A DNA stretch of 64,000 nt from an uncultured Pelagibacteraceae bacterium (GTDB taxonomy: Bacteria > Pseudomonadota > Alphaproteobacteria > Pelagibacterales > AG-422-B15): positions 69,819 to 133,818 of the forward strand of contig CACEZK010000001.1 of NCBI GenBank assembly GCA_902564025.1. Reading direction: 5' to 3'. Shown piece after piece: positions 48,596 through 59,031 of the stretch. Both the position numbers and the translations under genes were made by a program. Within the stretch, counting starts at the first letter, position 1. Every line of letters begins with the position of its first letter. Under the pieces are notes generated by a model. It had not been told where the DNA came from and did no database searches. It worked only from the letters and a program-made list of their open reading frames with translations.

Positions 48596-49448
48596 ATGAT
48601 TGGGAAACTCTATCGAAAATTATTGCTAAAGCGACAATTGCAAGTCCATTAAGTAATCCCATCGTAAAGTACTGATTAGTAATTGCCTTTAATACTGGCT
48701 GGCCAAGCCCTTTAACTCCAATCATTGAAGCTATGACTACCATCGCTAATGCCATCATAATCGTTTGGTTTATTCCTGCAAATATTGTTGGTAAAGCAAG
48801 TGGCAATTGAACTCTAAATAATTTTTGTGCCTTATTTGCACCGAATGCGTCTGCCGCCTCAAGAACTTCTTTGTCAACTTCTCTAATTCCTAAATCAGTT
48901 AATCTTATAATGGGTGGGATTGCATAAATAATTACTGCTAATAAACCAGGAATTTTTCCTATTCCAAGAAGCATTACTACTGGAATTAAATATACAAATG
49001 AAGGCATTGTTTGCATTACATCAAGTATAGGGGTTATCGCAGCTCGAGCTCTATCAGAATTTGACATAGCTATACCTATTGGTATTCCAAGGCCAATAGA
49101 CATAAATGTACATACACCAATGATACTTACGGTTGACATTGTGTCTTCCCACATACCGAAGTAACCGATTAAAAGCAGTGCAATTAAAGATCCAATAGTT
49201 AAATAAATACTTCTGCTACCAAGATAAACTAATATAAGAATTGCCAAAATAATTAATGGCCAAGGTGAATTTTGCAATAATTTTTCAAACCATACCAAAA
49301 AATAAAGCACTGGATCAAATACAGCTTCAATTGTATCACCATATTCTCTTGAAAAATTCCTATAAGCGCCGTCTACGGATTTTCTAAACATCCGAAGACT
49401 TTCCTTACTCATTTCAGGAAAAGTTAAAAATAATTCTGATAAATTCAT
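48552..49448 (-). CDS. proW: Glycine betaine/proline-type ABC transporter permease
   Basis: Polytopic membrane protein with the EAA-type loop 'EAADAFGANKAQKLFRVQLPLALP'. Confidence 0.9.
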   Translation of the reverse strand: MNLSELFLTFPEMSKESLRMFRKSVDGAYRNFSREYGDTIEAVFDPVLYFLVWFEKLLQNSPWPLIILAILILVYLGSRSIYLTIGSLIALLLIGYFGMWEDTMSTVSIIGVCTFMSIGLGIPIGIAMSNSDRARAAITPILDVMQTMPSFVYLIPVVMLLGIGKIPGLLAVIIYAIPPIIRLTDLGIREVDKEVLEAADAFGANKAQKLFRVQLPLALPTIFAGINQTIMMALAMVVIASMIGVKGLGQPVLKAITNQYFTMGLLNGLAIVALAIIFDRVSQSFGKRLQQHRSGSRE

Positions 49449-49458
49449 TGAATATAAT

Positions 49459-49479
49459 GCGGGCTAAAAATTAGCCCGC
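49459..49479 (-). promoter_or_regulatory. GC-rich intercistronic stem-loop between proX and proW
   Basis: GCGGGCTAA (49459-49467) pairs perfectly with TTAGCCCGC (49471-49479) around a 3-nt loop. It lies in the 39-nt gap between the proX stop and the proW start. No clear U-tract follows on the transcribed (minus) strand. Confidence 0.5.
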
Positions 49480-49488
49480 AATATTTTA

Positions 49489-50484
49489 TTATAATGCTGC
49501 TTCTACTTTTGAACGTGCATCACTGTCTACCCAGTTATGCCACTCTGTAAAATTTTCTAAAAAGTATAGTGCAGTATCCTCACCTGTTGCTTGATTATCG
49601 TCTTTCCAGGCAAGTAATGCATTTACAGTGGAATTAGGAAGAGCTCTTTTTGAGATATATTCCATTCCTGTGGCTGACTCATTTTTAAAATTGTCAGTCA
49701 CAACAGTATAAACTTCAGACACAACCCATGCATTAGGTTGTGGGTCCGCACATCCATCCTGAGAAGTACAATTATCCCACTCTTCTTTACTGTGTTCTAC
49801 GCCAAAGCTGAGTTTTTTCATTGGGTATTTTCCTAATACAGCTGTCGGTGCCCAGTAATATCCGAGCCATCCTTCTCCTTTGTTATAAGCCTCAGCTATT
49901 GCTCCAGCCAATGCGCCCCCTGAACCTGGGTCTACAAGTCTAAAGCCTTTTGCTTCCATTCCATATGCGTTAAACAAATTACCCGTGCTAATTTGACAGT
50001 TCCAACCTGAAGGGCATGTGTATATAGCGCCATCACCTCCCTCTGGGTGTGGAAAGAGATCAGGTCGATCAAGAACATCATAAACAGTTTGTATATCCGG
50101 GTTTGCGTCAGCTAAATACTGAGGTATCCACCAACCTTCTTCACCAGTATCTGAAAGCACCTCTGCTGCGTAATGTAATCTTCCTTCTTCTGTTGCCGCA
50201 TCAAGAGCAACTCTAACTGCGTTAATCCACAATTCAGGAGCAACATCAGGCTCGCCTTTTTCCATCATAGATGTAGCTGTAGGCATAGTATCTCCTGGAA
50301 CTAATTCGACATCACATCCGTAACCATTTTCAAGTATCATTTTATCAACATGAGCAAACATTTCTGCTGAAGCCCAGTTCATTTCTGCAACCGTGATTGT
50401 GCCACATGCATTAGCCGAAGTCGTAAACGACCCAAAGCCAAGTGCAAATATTGCAGAGATAAGTATTTTATTCATAAACTTCAT
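49489..50484 (-). CDS. proX: Glycine betaine/quaternary-amine ABC transporter substrate-binding protein
   Basis: 331 aa. Signal peptide 'ISAIFALGFGSFTTSANA' and a Trp/Tyr-rich ProX-type fold ('AEMNWASAE', 'EEGWWIPQY', 'GWLGYYWAPT'). GGGAGA lies upstream of the ATG. Confidence 0.85.
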   Translation of the reverse strand: MKFMNKILISAIFALGFGSFTTSANACGTITVAEMNWASAEMFAHVDKMILENGYGCDVELVPGDTMPTATSMMEKGEPDVAPELWINAVRVALDAATEEGRLHYAAEVLSDTGEEGWWIPQYLADANPDIQTVYDVLDRPDLFPHPEGGDGAIYTCPSGWNCQISTGNLFNAYGMEAKGFRLVDPGSGGALAGAIAEAYNKGEGWLGYYWAPTAVLGKYPMKKLSFGVEHSKEEWDNCTSQDGCADPQPNAWVVSEVYTVVTDNFKNESATGMEYISKRALPNSTVNALLAWKDDNQATGEDTALYFLENFTEWHNWVDSDARSKVEAAL

Positions 50485-50579
50485 TAATTATTCTCCCAAT
50501 TTCATTAAATTTATAAATATTGAAACATATATGAGTAAAAGCATCTAGAAAAAAATAAAATAAAAATTTATGAAAAAAA

Positions 50580-51467
50580 CTAACTCTTAGAAGGACTTAC
50601 AGAATAAATTTCTATTAATGGCGCACTCATAACAAATATTGCACCGATAAACTCTCTGATTGAAATTATTTCGTTTGCAAGTAGATATGCAGATATAACG
50701 CCAATAACAACTTCAAACATCAATAGAATACCCGCGCGTCCCGGATCAACTTGATCCTGACCATAAGTAACCAGCCAGTAACCGGGCAATAACCAAATAA
50801 ATGCAAATATTAGAATTATAAAAATAGTATTCTTTAAAATATCATAGTTAAATCCTGAGAGTATTTGCCCATCTGGTAAGTATGTTGCAATAACAACAAA
50901 AAGACCTCCAATTAAAATAAAGACTGAAGTACCAAAATTTACATCAAGTTCCTCATTTATTCTTATGAGTGTTGCACAGATTGACCAGAGAAATCCTGAG
51001 AGAATTCCAAATAAATCTGCCAGAGTGCTAGGTATAAAATTTCCTTGATCCAACCCAGTTATAATAAATAGACCTATAAAACCTGAAGAAATTGAAAAAA
51101 ATCTATAAATATTTAAAGCCGCTCTTAGAAAAATAATTTCAATTAGAGTGCTCCATACAGCTGTTAAATAAAAAAAGATTAAGACTCTTGCAACATTACC
51201 TCTAATTAAACCTTCATTATAAAGACACATTGCAGCTGCTCCTGCTGAGGCTGCGACTATTGTAAGTATCAAATTTTGATTAGTTAATTTTGATATATTT
51301 TTGTATGAAAAAAATAATAAAAATAAGCCAGCAATAGTGAAACTTAAAGTGAGTGGAATTGCATTATTATAAGCATATTCATTAAGTAGCCTTAATGGAT
51401 ACCACCACGTACCCCACAGTAATGTTGAAAGTACAATTGCATAATTGGGGTTTAAATTTTTTAACAT
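50580..51467 (-). CDS. EamA/DMT family transporter
   Basis: 295 aa, about 10 predicted transmembrane helices in two repeated halves, typical of drug/metabolite transporters. Confidence 0.75.
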   Translation of the reverse strand: MLKNLNPNYAIVLSTLLWGTWWYPLRLLNEYAYNNAIPLTLSFTIAGLFLLFFSYKNISKLTNQNLILTIVAASAGAAAMCLYNEGLIRGNVARVLIFFYLTAVWSTLIEIIFLRAALNIYRFFSISSGFIGLFIITGLDQGNFIPSTLADLFGILSGFLWSICATLIRINEELDVNFGTSVFILIGGLFVVIATYLPDGQILSGFNYDILKNTIFIILIFAFIWLLPGYWLVTYGQDQVDPGRAGILLMFEVVIGVISAYLLANEIISIREFIGAIFVMSAPLIEIYSVSPSKS

Positions 51468-51511
51468 AAGCTTATGTTGTACTATAATTACAAACTTTGG
51501 TAAAATTAGTT

Positions 51512-53146
51512 ATGCAATTTAATTCTTATAATTATATTATTATTGGTGCTGGAAGTGCGGGTTGTGTTCTGGCAAATAGACTTTCAACTAATCCAGAGAT
51601 AAATGTATTGTTAATAGAGTCAGGTCCATCGGATAAAACGTGGAAAACCTCTATGCCGGCAGCTTTATTATACACAATGCATGACCCAAAATATAATTAT
51701 TTATACGAAACTGAGCCTGAACCGTTCATGAACAATAGAAAAATGTTTTGCCCAAGAGGAAAGATGTTGGGAGGAAGTTCATCACACAACGGTATGGTTC
51801 ATGTAAGAGGAAATCCAATGGATTTTGAAAACTGGGCTCAAAAAGATCTTAAGTCATGGAATTATAATAATGTTCTTCCGTATTTTAAAAAATCAGAGTC
51901 AATTGAAGGATTAGATGAAACTTATAGGAATAAAAGCGGTCCTTTAAAATTATCTCGATCTTCGGAAGGCAATGAATTGAGTAAGGTCTACCTAGAAGCG
52001 GCAGAACAAGCCGGCTATGAGATAAATAATGACATGAATGGATATAAGCAAGAGGGATTTGGTCTAATGGACACAACTATTTACAGAGGCAGAAGACAAA
52101 GTACGAGTGTAACTTACTTGCATCCAGTTATTAATAGAAGAAATCTTACCGTCATTACAAATACAATAGTAAACAAAGTTATTATTGAAAATAATAAAGC
52201 CATTGGGGTTGAATGTACTGCAGGAAGAGAGATAAAAAAAATCTATGCTGATAATGAAGTGATATTATCAGCTGGAGCAATAAATTCACCTCAACTTCTA
52301 ATGCTTTCAGGTATAGGAAATGCTGAAGAACTAGAAAAATTAGATATATCTGTTCAACATGACCTGAGAGGTGTAGGTGAAAATTTACAGGATCATCTTG
52401 AAACTTATTTACAATATGAATGTACAAAGCCCGTTACACTTTACACATCATATAATCCAATAAGAATGGCATTCATAGGGATAGAGTGGTTTATTTTTAA
52501 ATCTGGAGTGGCAGCATATTCAAACTTAGAAACTGGCGGCTTTGTGAGAAGTAATGATATGGTAGATTATCCTAATATTCAGTATCACTTCTTTCCATCG
52601 CTTGTATTGGATCATGGAAGACAATCTCCAAGCTCTCATTCTTTTCAAGCGCATGTAGGACCAATGAGGCCAACAAGTAGAGGACATGTCAAATTAAAGT
52701 CAAACAATCCCTCAGCTTCACCCGCTATACAGTTTAATTATATGCAGACAGAGCATGATTTAAAAGAAATGAGAGATGGCATTAAAATTGCAAGGGAAAT
52801 TTTTCATCAAAAAGCTTTTGATAAATATCGAGGAAAAGAAATTAACCCTGGAATAAATTCAAGCTCTGAGGGTGATTTAAATGAATTCATTAAAAATAAA
52901 GGTGATACTGCTTATCATCCTTCTTGTACATGCAAGATGGGAAAAGATGAGTTATCTGTTGTCGATGAAGAGCTCAAAGTTTATGGGATTGAAAATTTAA
53001 GAGTTGTAGATGCTTCAATAATGCCAAATATCATTACAGGAAATCTCAATGCAACAACTGTAATGATCGCTGAAAAGGCATCTGATCTCATCCTTAAAAA
53101 AGAAACTTTACCTGATGTAGAGACCAGTTTTTATAGAGCAAGCTAG
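51512..53146 (+). CDS. betA: Choline dehydrogenase
   Basis: 'YIIIGAGSAGCVLANRLS'. 'YETEPEPFMNNRKM' is near-identical to my recollection of the E. coli BetA string. 'AYHPSCTCKMG' also present. ATG at 51512 is preferred to the TTG at 51497. Confidence 0.85.
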   Translation: MQFNSYNYIIIGAGSAGCVLANRLSTNPEINVLLIESGPSDKTWKTSMPAALLYTMHDPKYNYLYETEPEPFMNNRKMFCPRGKMLGGSSSHNGMVHVRGNPMDFENWAQKDLKSWNYNNVLPYFKKSESIEGLDETYRNKSGPLKLSRSSEGNELSKVYLEAAEQAGYEINNDMNGYKQEGFGLMDTTIYRGRRQSTSVTYLHPVINRRNLTVITNTIVNKVIIENNKAIGVECTAGREIKKIYADNEVILSAGAINSPQLLMLSGIGNAEELEKLDISVQHDLRGVGENLQDHLETYLQYECTKPVTLYTSYNPIRMAFIGIEWFIFKSGVAAYSNLETGGFVRSNDMVDYPNIQYHFFPSLVLDHGRQSPSSHSFQAHVGPMRPTSRGHVKLKSNNPSASPAIQFNYMQTEHDLKEMRDGIKIAREIFHQKAFDKYRGKEINPGINSSSEGDLNEFIKNKGDTAYHPSCTCKMGKDELSVVDEELKVYGIENLRVVDASIMPNIITGNLNATTVMIAEKASDLILKKETLPDVETSFYRAS

Positions 53147-53430
53147 TAGTTAACTACTTTTTCTACTTGATTATTAGATAAATTCATTACCTCAATACGA
53201 CCCTCACAAATAATAGCTAATTTGTCCTCACTTAGAGAAATAACTTTAGTTTTTTCACCCACAAGATCACATTTTTTTTCAATATTTATATCCTTCTCAG
53301 AATTATCAGTGGAAGTAAAAAAATCAATCTTGTATGATCGCTCAATAATAGTAGTAATAACAATCGTGGTACCAATTAAAATTACAATTCCGAGAAATAT
53401 AACTATAAATAGCATAATTTTTTGGTACAT
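53143..53430 (-). CDS. Hypothetical small membrane-anchored protein
   Basis: 95 aa from the ATG at 53430 (MYQKIMLFIVIFLGIVILIGTTIVITTII...), with one N-terminal transmembrane helix. The stop overlaps the betA stop by 4 nt (convergent). Confidence 0.4.
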   Translation of the reverse strand: MYQKIMLFIVIFLGIVILIGTTIVITTIIERSYKIDFFTSTDNSEKDINIEKKCDLVGEKTKVISLSEDKLAIICEGRIEVMNLSNNQVEKVVNY

Positions 53431-53442
53431 CGTTATCTCATA

Positions 53443-54414
53443 ATGTTCTATCAATACAAAGTCAACCATAAGAAGCAAGTAGGCCAACGTATAGACAAAT
53501 ATATTGCTTTAAATTTGAAAGAATTTAGTAGGTCTAAAATAATTCAATTAATAAAGTCCTCCAATATTACAGTAAATAATAATATTGTAGATCCTGATTA
53601 TAAGATCTCATTAGGTGATCATATTTCAGTGAATATAAAATTAGCAAATGAGACACCAATAATTGGTGAAAACATAAAATTAAATATTGTTTATGAAGAT
53701 AAGGATTTGATAGTTATCAATAAACCTGCAGGTATTGTAATGCACCCCGGCGCTGGAAATAAGACAGGTACAATTGTTAATGCTTTGATCAATCATTGCG
53801 GAGATGAATTAAAATTTGTAGGTGATGCTCAAAGGCCAGGAATAGTTCATCGAATTGATAAAGATACGAGTGGACTGGTTGTAATAGCTAAAAATGATTT
53901 TACTCATAAACATTTATCTGACCAATTTGCTGCTCACTCTATCGAAAGAGTTTATATTGCTGTATGCTGGAACAAAATCTCACCAGCAAATGGAAAAATT
54001 AAGTCACTCTTATCTAGAAGTAATAGGAATAGAACAAAAATGATGAGTTCTGTGAGTAGAGGTAAGGTTGCTATCACTCATTACAAGACACTTGAAAATT
54101 TAAAGAACAAAAAAAATCAAATTGTTGCCACAGTATTAGAATGTCGCTTAGAAACCGGAAGAACTCATCAAATAAGAGTGCATCTAACAGAAAAGGGAAA
54201 TCCACTCATAGGAGACCGTACTTATGGGCGATCGCCTCAAAGTAAACTAAAATCACTTTCAGAAAGCACGGTTCAATCGATTAAAATGTTGCCAGGACAG
54301 GCTCTGCATGCGCAATCTCTTGGGTTTCTTCATCCTAAAAAAGAAAAAATGCTTCATTTTCAGTCTGTTATGCCGGATTACTTGAGCAAATTGGTAAATT
54401 CAATTAAAAGCTGA
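53443..54414 (+). CDS. rluD: 23S rRNA pseudouridine synthase, RluA family (RluD-like)
   Basis: N-terminal S4-like domain ('GQRIDKYIA'), then 'IVYEDKDLIVINKPAGIVMHPG', catalytic 'HRIDKDTSGLVVIAK' and 'GRTHQIRVH'. Confidence 0.88.
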   Translation: MFYQYKVNHKKQVGQRIDKYIALNLKEFSRSKIIQLIKSSNITVNNNIVDPDYKISLGDHISVNIKLANETPIIGENIKLNIVYEDKDLIVINKPAGIVMHPGAGNKTGTIVNALINHCGDELKFVGDAQRPGIVHRIDKDTSGLVVIAKNDFTHKHLSDQFAAHSIERVYIAVCWNKISPANGKIKSLLSRSNRNRTKMMSSVSRGKVAITHYKTLENLKNKKNQIVATVLECRLETGRTHQIRVHLTEKGNPLIGDRTYGRSPQSKLKSLSESTVQSIKMLPGQALHAQSLGFLHPKKEKMLHFQSVMPDYLSKLVNSIKS

Positions 54415-54445
54415 ACATTGATTTCTAGAAAAAAGTAACCATATT

Positions 54446-56622
<2,177 letters not shown>

Positions 56623-56638
56623 TTAATGCCTTTATATT

Positions 56639-57970
56639 TTATGAAAAATATCTTGTTACGCTTTCAGTTAATTCATCAATTGTATGCTGATTTCCACTCT
56701 CAATCATAACTCTTAAAAGAGGTTCAGTACCAGACATTCTAACTACGATTCTTCCGTCTTTCGAAACTTTTTCTTCACAAGATTTAATAAATATCTTCGT
56801 ATCCTCGTGATCTAAAATATTTCTTTCTTTTACCGAGAAATTAATCAGGTTTTGCGGTAGAGGACTGAATAAATGAAGGCAGTCACTGGCTTTTGCTTTT
56901 TTTCTACTTAAGATAGATAGGACTTGAAGAGCAACTACTATTCCATCTCCTGATGATGTAAAATCACGTAAAATTATGTGTCCAGATTGTTCACCACCTA
57001 AATTTAAATCTTCTGAAATCATTTTTTCCTTTACATATCGATCGCCAACTTTTGCCCTGATTAACCCAATGTTATGTTCCTTTAATAGAGTTTCTAAGCC
57101 CATATTTGCCATTGAAGTACCAACTACACTATTATTTTTTAATTTTTTATCTTTTGACATTTCAATAGCTATTAATGCTAGTATCTGGTCGCCATTGACT
57201 AAATGTCCTTTTTCATCAATAACAGCCAATCGATCACCATCGCCATCTAAGGCAATGCCAATATCAGCCTTCTCCTCTAATACTTTTTTAGCAAGTTTAT
57301 CGGTATTAGTAGAGCCACATTCGAAATTGATATTAGTTCCATTTGGTTGAGCAGCTATTTGGATAACTTCTGCACCAAGCTCCCATAAAATTAAAGGTGC
57401 AGAAATATAAGAAGCTCCATTTGCACAATCTATTACAATTTTAAGACCATCAAGCCTTTGTGATTTAGGAAAAGTACCTTTTAGAAATTCTATATATCTA
57501 CCATTTGCATCTTCGAGTCTTTTTGCTCTGCCTATTTTTTCTGGACCCGCTAATGAATTTTCCAATTCAGACTCCATAAGAGACTCTATTTCAATTTCAG
57601 TTTCGTCTGATAATTTATTTCCATTTTTATCAAATATTTTAATACCATTATCTTGATATTGGTTGTGTGAAGCAGTTATCATTATCCCTAAGTCTGCTCG
57701 CATAGATTTTGTTAACATTGCAACTGCAGGTGTAGGTATGGGCCCAAAAAGAAAGACATCCATTCCCATAGATAATAATCCGGAAGTTAATGCCTGTTCA
57801 ATCATATATCCTGATAGTCTTGTATCTTTACCAATAACGACCTTGTGACGATGATCTCCAATAGTAAAGTATTTACCTAGTGCCATTCCGAGCTTCATAA
57901 GTGTCAGGCCATTAAGTTTTTGGCTGTTTGAACTTGCTCTTACTCCATCTGTTCCAAAAAACTTTTTCAT
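56639..57970 (-). CDS. glmM: Phosphoglucosamine mutase
   Basis: 'FGTDGVR', phosphoserine loop 'ITASHNQYQDNGIK', 'LDGDGDR' and 'GEQSGH'. Confidence 0.93.
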   Translation of the reverse strand: MKKFFGTDGVRASSNSQKLNGLTLMKLGMALGKYFTIGDHRHKVVIGKDTRLSGYMIEQALTSGLLSMGMDVFLFGPIPTPAVAMLTKSMRADLGIMITASHNQYQDNGIKIFDKNGNKLSDETEIEIESLMESELENSLAGPEKIGRAKRLEDANGRYIEFLKGTFPKSQRLDGLKIVIDCANGASYISAPLILWELGAEVIQIAAQPNGTNINFECGSTNTDKLAKKVLEEKADIGIALDGDGDRLAVIDEKGHLVNGDQILALIAIEMSKDKKLKNNSVVGTSMANMGLETLLKEHNIGLIRAKVGDRYVKEKMISEDLNLGGEQSGHIILRDFTSSGDGIVVALQVLSILSRKKAKASDCLHLFSPLPQNLINFSVKERNILDHEDTKIFIKSCEEKVSKDGRIVVRMSGTEPLLRVMIESGNQHTIDELTESVTRYFS

Positions 57971-59022
57971 TTTATTTTAGAATAAACCTTAATTGATTGT
58001 TTTGTTGCATAAACATCGTGCACCCTAAATATTTGAACTCCTTCAGCCAATCCATGCAAAACTGTTGCTATTGAACCACCTAATCGATCTTCGTATAATT
58101 CATTTTTTTCAATCTTGCCAATAAAACTTTTTCGTGAGCTTCCCAATAGCACAGGAAGGCCCAAAGAATGAAACAACGCGATGTTTGAAATTAGTTTCAA
58201 ATTTTGTTGCAAAGTTTTACCAAAACCAATTCCAGGGTCTATTATAATTCGGCTTTTAGATATGCCATTTTTCTCGCATAGACTGATTTGCTTTTCAAAG
58301 AAATCATAAATATCAAGAAGTACATCTTTGTACTTTATAGTTTTTTGCATCTTTTCAGGAGTTGAAATTGAATGCATTAAGACAAAAGGAATTTTATTCG
58401 AATTTAAAAATTTTTTTGAATTTTTATCAAATCTAAGTCCTGAAACATCATTTATTAGATTTATATCAAACTTACATGCTTCTTTCATAACTTGAGATTT
58501 TCTTGTATCTACAGAGATAAATTCTTTTTTATATTTTTTTCTGATTCGAGAAATTATTGGAATAATTCGGCTAATTTCTTCATTGATTCTAATTTCTTTT
58601 GATCCAGGTCTTGTTGATTCTCCGCCAATATCAATAATATCTGCGCCTTCTTTAATTAGTTTTTTAAAATGCTCAATTGCATTATCGCGTAATAAATATT
58701 TTCCGCCGTCAAAAAAGCTATCAGGCGTTACATTAAGAATACCCATCACAAGTGATCGCTCAAAGTTAAACTTTCCTATTTTTTTTCTTTTCTTTGTAAT
58801 GTTTGAAATTTTTTTATTTATGTCTCTCTGAATATCAGGTTCCAAATATTTTATATCATTAATTTTTAGAAACTTTGATCGAGTCTTGGTTTTGCCCCTT
58901 GTGATCAATTCAATTTCATCGAAGAATAATTTGGAGGACCCAAGAAACAGTGAGTCTTTTGTTTTTATTTTACTAAATATTGGTCGTACGTAATATCTAT
59001 TCGAATTACGCACAAGAGACAC
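57967..59022 (-). CDS. folP: Dihydropteroate synthase with an N-terminal extension of about 89 aa
   Basis: The core starts at 'LVMGILNVTPDSFFDGG' (about aa 91), with 'DIGGESTRPG' and 'GSSRKSFIG'. The first ~89 aa are Lys-rich and I do not recognise them. Confidence 0.88.
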   Translation of the reverse strand: MSLVRNSNRYYVRPIFSKIKTKDSLFLGSSKLFFDEIELITRGKTKTRSKFLKINDIKYLEPDIQRDINKKISNITKKRKKIGKFNFERSLVMGILNVTPDSFFDGGKYLLRDNAIEHFKKLIKEGADIIDIGGESTRPGSKEIRINEEISRIIPIISRIRKKYKKEFISVDTRKSQVMKEACKFDINLINDVSGLRFDKNSKKFLNSNKIPFVLMHSISTPEKMQKTIKYKDVLLDIYDFFEKQISLCEKNGISKSRIIIDPGIGFGKTLQQNLKLISNIALFHSLGLPVLLGSSRKSFIGKIEKNELYEDRLGGSIATVLHGLAEGVQIFRVHDVYATKQSIKVYSKIK

Positions 59023-59031
59023 TGTAATTAG

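Noticed and set aside
50485-50579. Riboswitch or structured leader upstream of proX (also examined 25692-25781 upstream of nadA and 11991-12153 between ctaC and tldD)
   Set aside because: These spacers are short and almost pure A/T, with no GC-supported stems or recognisable riboswitch cores (glycine, SAM, TPP, NAD). They are more likely plain promoters.
39427-53146. The quaternary-amine island as a recently acquired genomic island
   Set aside because: Its base composition and gene packing look the same as the surrounding chromosome. It has no flanking tRNA, repeats or mobility genes. It is treated as native metabolic gene clustering unless comparative genomics shows otherwise.
56976-57350. 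124-aa plus-strand ORF inside glmM
   Set aside because: It is antisense to a well-supported phosphoglucosamine mutase gene. The translation is Ser/Pro/Phe-rich and low-complexity.
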